Shown: positions 38,473 through 46,772 of the stretch, piece after piece | Position numbering within the stretch: the stretch's first letter is position 1 | Layout of the letters: each line of letters opens with the position of its first letter | NCBI GenBank assembly: GCA_964554385.1 | Contig: CAZKOM010000004.1 | Location: 42 to 64,041, forward strand | Source of the DNA: an uncultured Flavobacteriaceae bacterium | GTDB taxonomy: Bacteria; Bacteroidota; Bacteroidia; NS11-12g; UBA955 | DNA length: 64,000 nucleotides | Reading direction: 5' to 3' | Translations under genes and position numbers: made by a program | Notes under the pieces: generated by a model | The model's database searches: none | What the model was told of the DNA's origin: nothing | What the model saw: the letters and a program-made list of their open reading frames with translations, nothing else

Positions 38473-39975
38473 ATGAAGAAAACCACTACCCTACTTTTGG
38501 CGTTTATATTGGGTTCGTTTTCTTTAATCGGCCAGTCGATTTTCATTTCGAATAAATCTCGACTAAATAATAAACGAAATCAATTTCATCGGCCCATTGG
38601 ATTGTATCAGGATCAAATGTTTACACTGGATTTTTCTAGTTACAATTTGGAATCGGGTTTTACATTGGAGCGCTACGATGCACAGTTAGGATTTTCTAAA
38701 AGCCGAGATTTTAAAGTGGCAAGTAGAAATTGGGTTTTGAAGGTTTTTTTGTCTGATTCGATGATTTTTTGGGTAACCATTAATAGACAGAAACGAGGAC
38801 AAATAGAAGTTAATTTACACTCAATTTCTACTACATTAGATGGTGAACCTCAGCAACATTCATTAGGGGTATATGATTGGGGGGAGATTGGGTCAGGGGA
38901 TATATGGGTTGATTTTTCTCAAGATCGTAAGAAATGGGTTTTGGCAGTTTTGTACAATAGCTCAAGTAAAGGTTTTCAGCCTTCGGCTAGGGTTGGATTT
39001 CTAATTGCTGATATCCAAAGCAAGTACCGCTATTTGGATACTACCTTAGATACCAGAAATTCTGCCTATGAGTTGGAATGGAAGTCGTTAGAAATTAATA
39101 ATAACAGTGAAGTAGCTGCATGTTTTTTTGATGATGAGCGATTGGAAAAGACCTCATTATTTTCTGGTAAGCGGCAGGAAAAAAGCGAGGCATATCAATA
39201 TTTGCTGGTTAAACAGTTCATACAACAGGGTGTTTGCGAGGCTAGTGGAAATATTCGCGATGCGATGATTTATTGTCATCCAATCTCGGGCAATTTTTAT
39301 ATTGCCGGATATTTTCAAGAAACAGATTCTAAGGGATTGGATGGATGTTTTATTCGGTCTTTACAGTTGTCCAAGGATAGTTTGGTTTTATTGCATTGGT
39401 TTTCAGACAGTGAACAGCGGACGTTAATGAGCAATTTGAATTCGCGTAAAAGTGAGAAAGTACAGAATTTCGAAATACGGGACGTAATTGCTTTAGATAA
39501 TGGTGGTTGGCTGTTGATTGGGGAACAATATTATGTAACGAGGCAGATGGAGACCTATTATGTGAACGGATTGCCTCAAAATACAACGCGGCAATTCTAT
39601 CATTATGGTAATTTAGGATTAAATTTTTTAAATGTTGATTTGGAAAAGCATGGCGAACCCATTGATTCGGTTGTAGTAATTTCAAAAAATCAGGTTTCTT
39701 CCAATTCTGGGGCTCATTTACTAGGTTATGGCATGTACATATGTAAGAATACCATAAATTTCATCTATAACGATAGTGAGACGGAGGCAAATCGTATCAT
39801 GCATATTAAAATTAACAATAAATTGGATATGGAGCGTGGTTGGTTGTTTAGACAAGAGAGTATTATTGGAGAAATCATACCCGATGAAGGGAAGCAGATT
39901 GATTATTGTATGTTTGCAGTACCAGTAATTCGAAGTAAAGAATGGTACTGGATGCAGATTTTATCCGATGATTGA
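38473..39975 (+). CDS. hypothetical secreted protein
   Basis: Signal peptide MKKTTTLLLAFILGSFSLIGQ. About 500 aa with no recognisable domain. Its 3' end overlaps the next gene by 8 nt, so the two are likely co-transcribed. Confidence 0.4.
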   Translation: MKKTTTLLLAFILGSFSLIGQSIFISNKSRLNNKRNQFHRPIGLYQDQMFTLDFSSYNLESGFTLERYDAQLGFSKSRDFKVASRNWVLKVFLSDSMIFWVTINRQKRGQIEVNLHSISTTLDGEPQQHSLGVYDWGEIGSGDIWVDFSQDRKKWVLAVLYNSSSKGFQPSARVGFLIADIQSKYRYLDTTLDTRNSAYELEWKSLEINNNSEVAACFFDDERLEKTSLFSGKRQEKSEAYQYLLVKQFIQQGVCEASGNIRDAMIYCHPISGNFYIAGYFQETDSKGLDGCFIRSLQLSKDSLVLLHWFSDSEQRTLMSNLNSRKSEKVQNFEIRDVIALDNGGWLLIGEQYYVTRQMETYYVNGLPQNTTRQFYHYGNLGLNFLNVDLEKHGEPIDSVVVISKNQVSSNSGAHLLGYGMYICKNTINFIYNDSETEANRIMHIKINNKLDMERGWLFRQESIIGEIIPDEGKQIDYCMFAVPVIRSKEWYWMQILSDD

Positions 39976-40957
39976 GCAGTTTAGGCAAAATAAATTAGGC
40001 ATTGGCGTATTGCTGTTTATCGCCGCGTTGTTGGTACGCGTTTTTTTGTTATTGCTAGTAAAATCCAATCCTCTTCCAATTAATAATATTGGCGTTTTTG
40101 ATGGGGCGATACAGTGGTTAAACAGCCATTTGTATATTTCAATGGCTATTTCCTTTTTACTGTTAATATTTCAGTCTTATTTGGTTAATTCCATATGTAT
40201 CGGTTCTGGCGCGTTGCAAGGTAGTGGCATTTTAGGGACCTATTTCTTCTTATTATTGAATACATTGTTTATTGAAAATGTGTTTTTTTCAATCGGACAA
40301 ATTGGTAATTTGTTCATCCTGTTAGGTCTTAATTTCTTGTTTCGTTTAAAAGAGGGCTACGATACTCGATTATTATTCTACAGTGCATTTTTATTTGGTA
40401 TCGGTATTCTATTTATTCCAGATCATATATGGATATTAGTATTTGTCATTTTAGGTATTTTAATATTCAAAGCCATTGTATTTAAAGATGTTATCGCCGT
40501 GGTATTAGGGTTGATTATGCCTTTGTATATTACTAAATCACTGTGGTATTTATTTAACCTACAATCCGTGGAAATTGGAAATTTAGAGGTGGTTCAACTG
40601 TCACTTCAGTCTCTATTGAGTTTAGGGTTATTTCCTAATACGGACTACATTGTCATGGGAATATTTTTACTTGCTGCGTTATTGGGTTTATTCCAACAAA
40701 TAGGCACCTACTTTAATCGCAATATTGAAGCTAGACGGAGTATATCATTAAACGCTCTTTTCTTTGCTTATAGTTTATTTATGTTGCTTTTGCATTGGAG
40801 AAATCTCGCACAGTTCCACATGTTAATTTCCATTCCATCAACATTTTTACTTGTGAATTTCTTCAATGAAGATAGGATTGGTTTGTGGAAACGATTTATC
40901 AATTTATTGTTACTTGTTTTAGCAATATTCTCCTTGGTAGGTCGTTTTTTGATTTAA
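39968..40957 (+). CDS. hypothetical polytopic membrane protein
   Basis: 329 aa with about 9 predicted TM helices (for example GIGVLLFIAALLVRVFLLLL, ISMAISFLLLIFQSYL, LFGIGILFIPDHIWILVFVILGILIF). No family recognised. Confidence 0.4.
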   Translation: MIEQFRQNKLGIGVLLFIAALLVRVFLLLLVKSNPLPINNIGVFDGAIQWLNSHLYISMAISFLLLIFQSYLVNSICIGSGALQGSGILGTYFFLLLNTLFIENVFFSIGQIGNLFILLGLNFLFRLKEGYDTRLLFYSAFLFGIGILFIPDHIWILVFVILGILIFKAIVFKDVIAVVLGLIMPLYITKSLWYLFNLQSVEIGNLEVVQLSLQSLLSLGLFPNTDYIVMGIFLLAALLGLFQQIGTYFNRNIEARRSISLNALFFAYSLFMLLLHWRNLAQFHMLISIPSTFLLVNFFNEDRIGLWKRFINLLLLVLAIFSLVGRFLI

Positions 40958-41640
40958 AGATTATTTTTAAGCGAGTTCAATAAATCAATTTCCTGGCAAT
41001 TTGCGATAATGTCCTTTTCTATTTCGTTTAAGGCAGTAATAATAGGATTTGTATTATTGGGATGCCAGGGCGTTGGAATAGCTAGAGAGTGATGTATTCT
41101 ATGTATAGCGTAAGTGATTCCCGAAAATTCCCGATAATGAAATAGGTATTGGGATTCTAAGAATTTATCAAATCGTTGAAGAAATAACTCTTTATCTTTA
41201 TGATTGAGCAATGTTAGTAATGCTTTATAACATTGCCTTTGTTCTGCAAGTGTATTGTAGAATTCATAAAGGCTATTTAAGTGATTATCTATAAGTATTT
41301 TATCGATAATTAATTCTACTGAAACATGAAGGGAAAACCACCATCGCTCTAAGCCATGCGTGGCACCCAATTTACTCCAAGATTCTCGATGGTTTTGGTA
41401 AATATTTTCGAAAAATTTAGATTGATGAAACAGCTTATCTCTTTCAACATGTTGCCATCCGCCATCGCAAAAAGCCATTAGATTTGCCGAAATTATTTCT
41501 TCATTATTTTTAAGAGAAAGCCACGAGATACGGTTATTATTTGGTAAAAAATGCCTCAATAAATCTGGGGCAATCAAAGCGGCATTAAATTGTGGTTGAT
41601 TTGATTTTCTATCAACTAAAAAGTGAGCAAAAAAGTTCAT
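40954..41640 (-). CDS. acpH: acyl carrier protein phosphodiesterase (AcpH) family protein
   Basis: The N-terminus MNFFAHFLV resembles the AcpH start MNFLAHLHLA. Size is about 200 aa with scattered His/Asp residues. Moderate confidence from the N-terminal motif only. Confidence 0.5.
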   Translation of the reverse strand: MNFFAHFLVDRKSNQPQFNAALIAPDLLRHFLPNNNRISWLSLKNNEEIISANLMAFCDGGWQHVERDKLFHQSKFFENIYQNHRESWSKLGATHGLERWWFSLHVSVELIIDKILIDNHLNSLYEFYNTLAEQRQCYKALLTLLNHKDKELFLQRFDKFLESQYLFHYREFSGITYAIHRIHHSLAIPTPWHPNNTNPIITALNEIEKDIIANCQEIDLLNSLKNNL

Positions 41641-41697
41641 TTCTAAGGGGAATATAGAACGAAATCTTCATTGCGTTGTTTATCTGTTATTATAAAT

Positions 41698-42207
41698 ATG
41701 AGATTTTTAACTGTTTCCTTGATTACATTAACGTTGTTTTTTTGCGGCTGCGGTGGTCAGAAATCGAATAGTATAAACGAATCAGAAAGTAATATTATGG
41801 AAAGTAAAAACACATATGACGTTCAGAAATCCGATCAGGAGTGGTTGGAGCAATTAGGTAGCGAGGCTTTTACAGTTCTACGAAAGAAGGGTACAGAAAG
41901 ACCTTTTAGTAGTGAATTTGAAACTACATGGGATACGGGAACCTACGTTTGCAAAGGTTGCGGTCAGGAGTTATTTTACAGCGATACAAAATTTGATGCG
42001 GGTTGTGGTTGGCCAAGCTTTTACCAAGCAATAGATAAATCAAAGGTTAGAGAAATTGCCGATTATTCTCATGGTATGTCTCGAGTGGAGGTTGTGTGTT
42101 CTAAATGTGGAGGTCATTTAGGGCATGTTTTTACCGACGGATATGGACAACCTACTGGACTTCGATATTGTATTAATGGAATAAGTTTGGGATTCAAGAA
42201 GAAATAA
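41698..42207 (+). CDS. msrB: peptide-methionine (R)-S-oxide reductase MsrB, exported as a lipoprotein
   Basis: Lipoprotein-type signal MRFLTVSLITLTLFFCGC. Two CxxC pairs (CKGCG, CSKCGGHLGHVF) and the catalytic RYCINGISL. Confidence 0.85.
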   Translation: MRFLTVSLITLTLFFCGCGGQKSNSINESESNIMESKNTYDVQKSDQEWLEQLGSEAFTVLRKKGTERPFSSEFETTWDTGTYVCKGCGQELFYSDTKFDAGCGWPSFYQAIDKSKVREIADYSHGMSRVEVVCSKCGGHLGHVFTDGYGQPTGLRYCINGISLGFKKK

Positions 42208-42232
42208 TCTTGCTATGCGTTAAATTATACTT

Positions 42233-43897
42233 TTAGTCATTTTTACGAGGGTTGTTGGGTGTTTTATCCAATTGATAAACCAAGAAACTTGGTGATTTGA
42301 AAAAAATTGGCAAATTGTAATTATCACCGCCAAGCTTTTCGAGATTATTATTTACAACTAAGTAATCTGCATTGCAGTTTATTATACTGTCTAGGTGGCT
42401 TTGTGAATGTAATTGATGCGGGAAGCGAACCCAGCCTTTATGGTTTAGAAAATAAAGTTCTTGGGGATTAACACCCGCATTAGAAACAACTAACGATTTA
42501 AGAGGTATTTTTTTCCCGATTGTCTCTAATTCCATTTTGTATTTTTCTGATGGCTTAATGGATAATTCGTGCATCTGATTCAACAGTGCTTCCGAATTGG
42601 CAACAAGTAGAAGGATTGTTATCAAGGTTTTAGCGGAAGTTTTTTTGATTGTAGTTTTTTGGGTAGTTACTGACTGTACTGTTTCTACTTTCTGTTGAAT
42701 ATATTCTAAACCAAGGGCAGCGATAAATGCCATAAAAGGCATAAACGGAATGATGTAGTATGTGTGTTTTGGAAATACATCTCCTGTTTTAATAATGAAT
42801 ATTACGAATACAACTACAAATGCAAAAAACGAAAATTTTACTTTTTTAAAATTATCAATATCAATTAATTGAATATTTTTATTTAAATAATTTGTTGAAT
42901 ATTTGTTTTTGAATAAATAAGCAAGACCTAATAGAAATAATAATAGAGTAACAAATGAATAGAATGCTGTAAAATAGAATTTTTCTAATAGTAGTCGCCA
43001 ATGTGGAACAATTTCTACAAATCCTTCGTAAAGCGATTTAGGATAATAAAGTTGAAAAGATTTATTAAGCTCTGGAACCCGATAAAAATACCATATCAAG
43101 CCGGGAATAATCGAAATTAAGCACGTTGTTATAAATCGGATTTGAATTAAGTTTGGTGGAAATTGATTGGATTTTTTGTATTGTTCTACGAGTTTAGGAG
43201 TTATGAATACCAGTGTTGCTAGCCATGCAATGGCGGGTAACTTGCTTAGAACAGCCAAGGAAAAACTCAAAAATATGTATACAAGGTGATGTGGTTTAGT
43301 TGTGATTAAATACAGCTGTGCTTGTCTAATTCCTATTAATACCAATGCAATTGAAAAGGTATCGGGCATAATTTTTCTACTAAATGAGAACCATACGGAG
43401 AACAGTAAAATTGCGGAGGTATTTTGGGCGATTTGTTGAGAAAAAGCATGCAATAAGAATTGATACAAGGCCCAAACTCCCCAGGTGGAAATAAGTAAAT
43501 TTATCCATCTACCCTGCCAGTGTTGGTATCCGATGACAGAATTAAAAAAAGCGATTATGGCTTGAAAAATGGGAAATTCTGAACCAATGAAACCTTCATT
43601 ATTTCCGGAAAAATCGATTTGTGGATTGAAAAGGTTAAATCCATTGTTTTGTAAGTTTCGAGCGATCATGGCCGTAACGGTTTGTCGCCAATTATGTCCA
43701 ATTTCTAGTGGTGGATTGGTTATACCAATGCATTGAATAACTAAGAATACTACTAAAAGTATGTGTATAAATTGAATTTTATGATAAAAGGGTTTGAAAT
43801 TCACGGTAAGATTACCTTGATTTAGGTGCTTCGCAATTATACGTTTAAAATTCAAAACAATGCTGTTTCGTGGACTTGCTTTGTTGTAAATTGCCAT
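42233..43897 (-). CDS. polytopic membrane protein, GT-C-like (ArnT/PMT-type glycosyltransferase candidate)
   Basis: 554 aa. About 11 TM helices over the first ~400 aa, followed by a ~130-aa soluble C-terminal domain. This is the GT-C architecture, but no catalytic motif was confirmed. Confidence 0.3.
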   Translation of the reverse strand: MAIYNKASPRNSIVLNFKRIIAKHLNQGNLTVNFKPFYHKIQFIHILLVVFLVIQCIGITNPPLEIGHNWRQTVTAMIARNLQNNGFNLFNPQIDFSGNNEGFIGSEFPIFQAIIAFFNSVIGYQHWQGRWINLLISTWGVWALYQFLLHAFSQQIAQNTSAILLFSVWFSFSRKIMPDTFSIALVLIGIRQAQLYLITTKPHHLVYIFLSFSLAVLSKLPAIAWLATLVFITPKLVEQYKKSNQFPPNLIQIRFITTCLISIIPGLIWYFYRVPELNKSFQLYYPKSLYEGFVEIVPHWRLLLEKFYFTAFYSFVTLLLFLLGLAYLFKNKYSTNYLNKNIQLIDIDNFKKVKFSFFAFVVVFVIFIIKTGDVFPKHTYYIIPFMPFMAFIAALGLEYIQQKVETVQSVTTQKTTIKKTSAKTLITILLLVANSEALLNQMHELSIKPSEKYKMELETIGKKIPLKSLVVSNAGVNPQELYFLNHKGWVRFPHQLHSQSHLDSIINCNADYLVVNNNLEKLGGDNYNLPIFFKSPSFLVYQLDKTPNNPRKND

Positions 43898-43904
43898 TCA
43901 TTTT

Positions 43905-46772
43905 ATGAGTTCGGGTAAATTATTTTTATTGGATGGAATGGCTCTGATTTATAGAGCTTTTTTCGCTTTTAGTCAGAATCCAAGAATCACTAGCAAGGGT
44001 TTAAATGCAAGTGCGATGTTTGGGTTTACCAATACGCTATTGGATATTTTAAACAAACAAAAACCAACTCATATTGCGGTGGTATTTGATACTGCGGCTC
44101 CAACACATCGACACAAAGAATTTGAGGCGTATAAGGCGCATCGTGAAGAAATGCCTGAAGATCTTGCGAAGAGTATCCCGTATATTTTCAAAATAATTGA
44201 AGGATTTAATATCCCCGTAATTACTATGGATGGGTATGAAGCGGATGATATCATCGGTACCTTAGCATGGAAAGCAGGGGATGTTGGCTTGGATGTTTTC
44301 ATGATGACACCCGATAAGGATTTCGGCCAGTTGGTTAGGCATAATGTGAAAATATACAAACCCGGTAGAATGGGTTCGCCCGATGAAATTTTGGGTGTTG
44401 AGGAGGTTTTGAAGAAGTGGGAAATAACTGAAATTAAGCAGGTTATTGATATTTTAGGATTATGGGGCGATGCTTCGGACAATATTCCGGGAGTACCGGG
44501 AGTGGGTGAGAAGACAGCAAAGAAATTGATTGCAGAGTATGGGAGTATTGAGAATATATTAGAAAACACAGACAAGCTCAAGGGCAAAATGCAAGAAAAT
44601 ATGATTGCCTTTGCAGAGCAAGCGAAAGTGAGTAAATGGTTAGCTACTATTGATACTCAGGTACCCGTAGATTTGGATTTAGTGAGTTTGCAGTTAGATC
44701 CTGTTAATGCTGAAAAACTAACCGAGGTGTTTGAGGAGTTGGAATTCAGGACTTTGGCCAAGCGAGTTTTAGGGGCTTCTGCAACAACTGCAGCGAGTGA
44801 GGAAGACGGAGCATCTAGACCTAAATCAGTAAAAAAAGCGCTGCCATCCAATCCATTGCAGGGTTCGTTGTTTGATAGTCCTTCTTCATCAGGTTCTTCG
44901 GCTTCCGTTGGCGAAGCCAATGAAGAAATTAACATGGATGAGGAAGGTAGCATGGTGCCGAAACTGACTATTACAGATGTTCCCCATGAGTATAAAACTG
45001 CAATTACAGCTGAAGAAAGACGGTATTTAATTAGTGAGTTAGAAGCCGCAGAATATTTCTGTTTTGACACGGAGACTACCAATGTTGAATCATTGCAGGC
45101 AGAGATTGTAGGATTGTCGTTTTCTACAAAACCTCATACGGCCTGGTACGTTCCGATTCCTTCAAATACGGAAGAAGCGTCTGCAATTTTACAGGAATTT
45201 GCTGGGGTTTTATCTTCATCGAAACTAAAAATTGCTCAAAATATTAAGTACGATGTGGCGGTACTTAGGAATTACGGAATAGAGGTTGCAAATCCTTGGT
45301 TTGATACGTTGTTGGCTCATTACCTTTTAGAACCTGACAAGAGGCATAACATGCAGGTTTTAAGTGAGGACTATTTAAACTATTCACCCATTTCTATTGA
45401 AACCTTAATAGGGAAAAAAGGTAAAAATCAAGGAAATATGCGGGATGTTTCGGTTGAACTTATTGCAGAGTATGCGGCCGAAGATGCGGATATTACCTTA
45501 CAATTATATTTGATATTTAAGGATTTAATAGAGCAACAAGGGGTAAAGGAATTGTTTGAGACAGTTGAAATTCCTTTAGTTCATGTGTTGGAGGATATGG
45601 AGCGAAATGGTATTGCTTTGGACGTAGATTTCTTGAAGCAATATAGCAGCGAGTTGCTAACTCAAATGCAGTTGGTACAACAACGGATTTTTGAATCGGC
45701 GGGATTTGAATTTAATATTTCTTCACCTCAACAGGTTGGTAAGGTTTTGTTTGAACAGTTACAATTATTGGATAAACCCAAAAAGACGAAGACAGGTCAG
45801 TATCAAACAGATGAAGAAACTTTGTTGAGTTTGGTGGGAAAGCATACGATTGTACAAGATATTTTAGATTTCAGGGCCTTACAAAAGCTTAAATCTACCT
45901 ATGTAGATGCTTTGCCAGAATTGGTGGATAAGGAATCGGGGCGGGTACACACTCACTTTAACCAAGCTGTTGCAGCAACAGGAAGACTAAGTTCTCAAAA
46001 TCCCAACTTGCAAAATATACCCATAAGAACAGAGTTAGGCAGGGAGATTCGAAAAGCATTTATCGCTGGTGATCCTGGAAAGGTTCTACTGAGTGCTGAT
46101 TATTCTCAAATTGAATTAAGAATCATTGCTCATATTTCCTCAGATCCTGGAATGAAGGAGGCTTTTCAAATGGGATATGATATTCATACAGCGACGGCGG
46201 CTAAGGTTTGGGGAGTGAATATCGATGAAGTGGATAAAGAGATGCGCAGAAAAGCTAAAACGGTGAATTTTGGAATCATTTATGGGATCTCGGCGTTTGG
46301 ATTAAGTCAACGTGTGGGTATTAGCAGAGGTGAAGCCAAGGAGATTATTGATAATTATTTCCGGGAATTTGGTGGAGTTCGAGATTACATGGACGAGGCG
46401 GTACGAAAGGCGCAGGAAAACGGATATGTGGAAACCATTTTAGGTAGACGAAGGTATATTAGGGATATCCATTCTAGAAATGCAGTAATGCGTGGTTTTG
46501 CAGAAAGAAACGCCATTAATGCTCCAATTCAAGGCAGTGCTGCGGACATGATCAAGGTGGCCATGATCAAGATACATGATTGGCTAAAATCGGAAAAATT
46601 GTCTACGCGTATGTTATTGCAGGTGCATGACGAATTGGTATTTGACGTACCGAAAGAGGAGTTGACGATTGTACAATCCAACATCTGTAGCCTAATGGAA
46701 ACAGCCATGCCTTTGTCCGTGCCTGTACTGGTGGAATCAGGTATAGGTGGCAATTGGTTAGAGGCGCATTAA
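43905..46772 (+). CDS. polA: DNA polymerase I
   Basis: 955 aa. 5'-3' exonuclease domain (LLDGMALIYRAFFA), 3'-5' exonuclease domain and polymerase domain with motif A (LLSADYSQIELRI), motif B (RRKAKTVNFGIIYG) and motif C (QVHDELVF). Confidence 0.95.
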   Translation: MSSGKLFLLDGMALIYRAFFAFSQNPRITSKGLNASAMFGFTNTLLDILNKQKPTHIAVVFDTAAPTHRHKEFEAYKAHREEMPEDLAKSIPYIFKIIEGFNIPVITMDGYEADDIIGTLAWKAGDVGLDVFMMTPDKDFGQLVRHNVKIYKPGRMGSPDEILGVEEVLKKWEITEIKQVIDILGLWGDASDNIPGVPGVGEKTAKKLIAEYGSIENILENTDKLKGKMQENMIAFAEQAKVSKWLATIDTQVPVDLDLVSLQLDPVNAEKLTEVFEELEFRTLAKRVLGASATTAASEEDGASRPKSVKKALPSNPLQGSLFDSPSSSGSSASVGEANEEINMDEEGSMVPKLTITDVPHEYKTAITAEERRYLISELEAAEYFCFDTETTNVESLQAEIVGLSFSTKPHTAWYVPIPSNTEEASAILQEFAGVLSSSKLKIAQNIKYDVAVLRNYGIEVANPWFDTLLAHYLLEPDKRHNMQVLSEDYLNYSPISIETLIGKKGKNQGNMRDVSVELIAEYAAEDADITLQLYLIFKDLIEQQGVKELFETVEIPLVHVLEDMERNGIALDVDFLKQYSSELLTQMQLVQQRIFESAGFEFNISSPQQVGKVLFEQLQLLDKPKKTKTGQYQTDEETLLSLVGKHTIVQDILDFRALQKLKSTYVDALPELVDKESGRVHTHFNQAVAATGRLSSQNPNLQNIPIRTELGREIRKAFIAGDPGKVLLSADYSQIELRIIAHISSDPGMKEAFQMGYDIHTATAAKVWGVNIDEVDKEMRRKAKTVNFGIIYGISAFGLSQRVGISRGEAKEIIDNYFREFGGVRDYMDEAVRKAQENGYVETILGRRRYIRDIHSRNAVMRGFAERNAINAPIQGSAADMIKVAMIKIHDWLKSEKLSTRMLLQVHDELVFDVPKEELTIVQSNICSLMETAMPLSVPVLVESGIGGNWLEAH

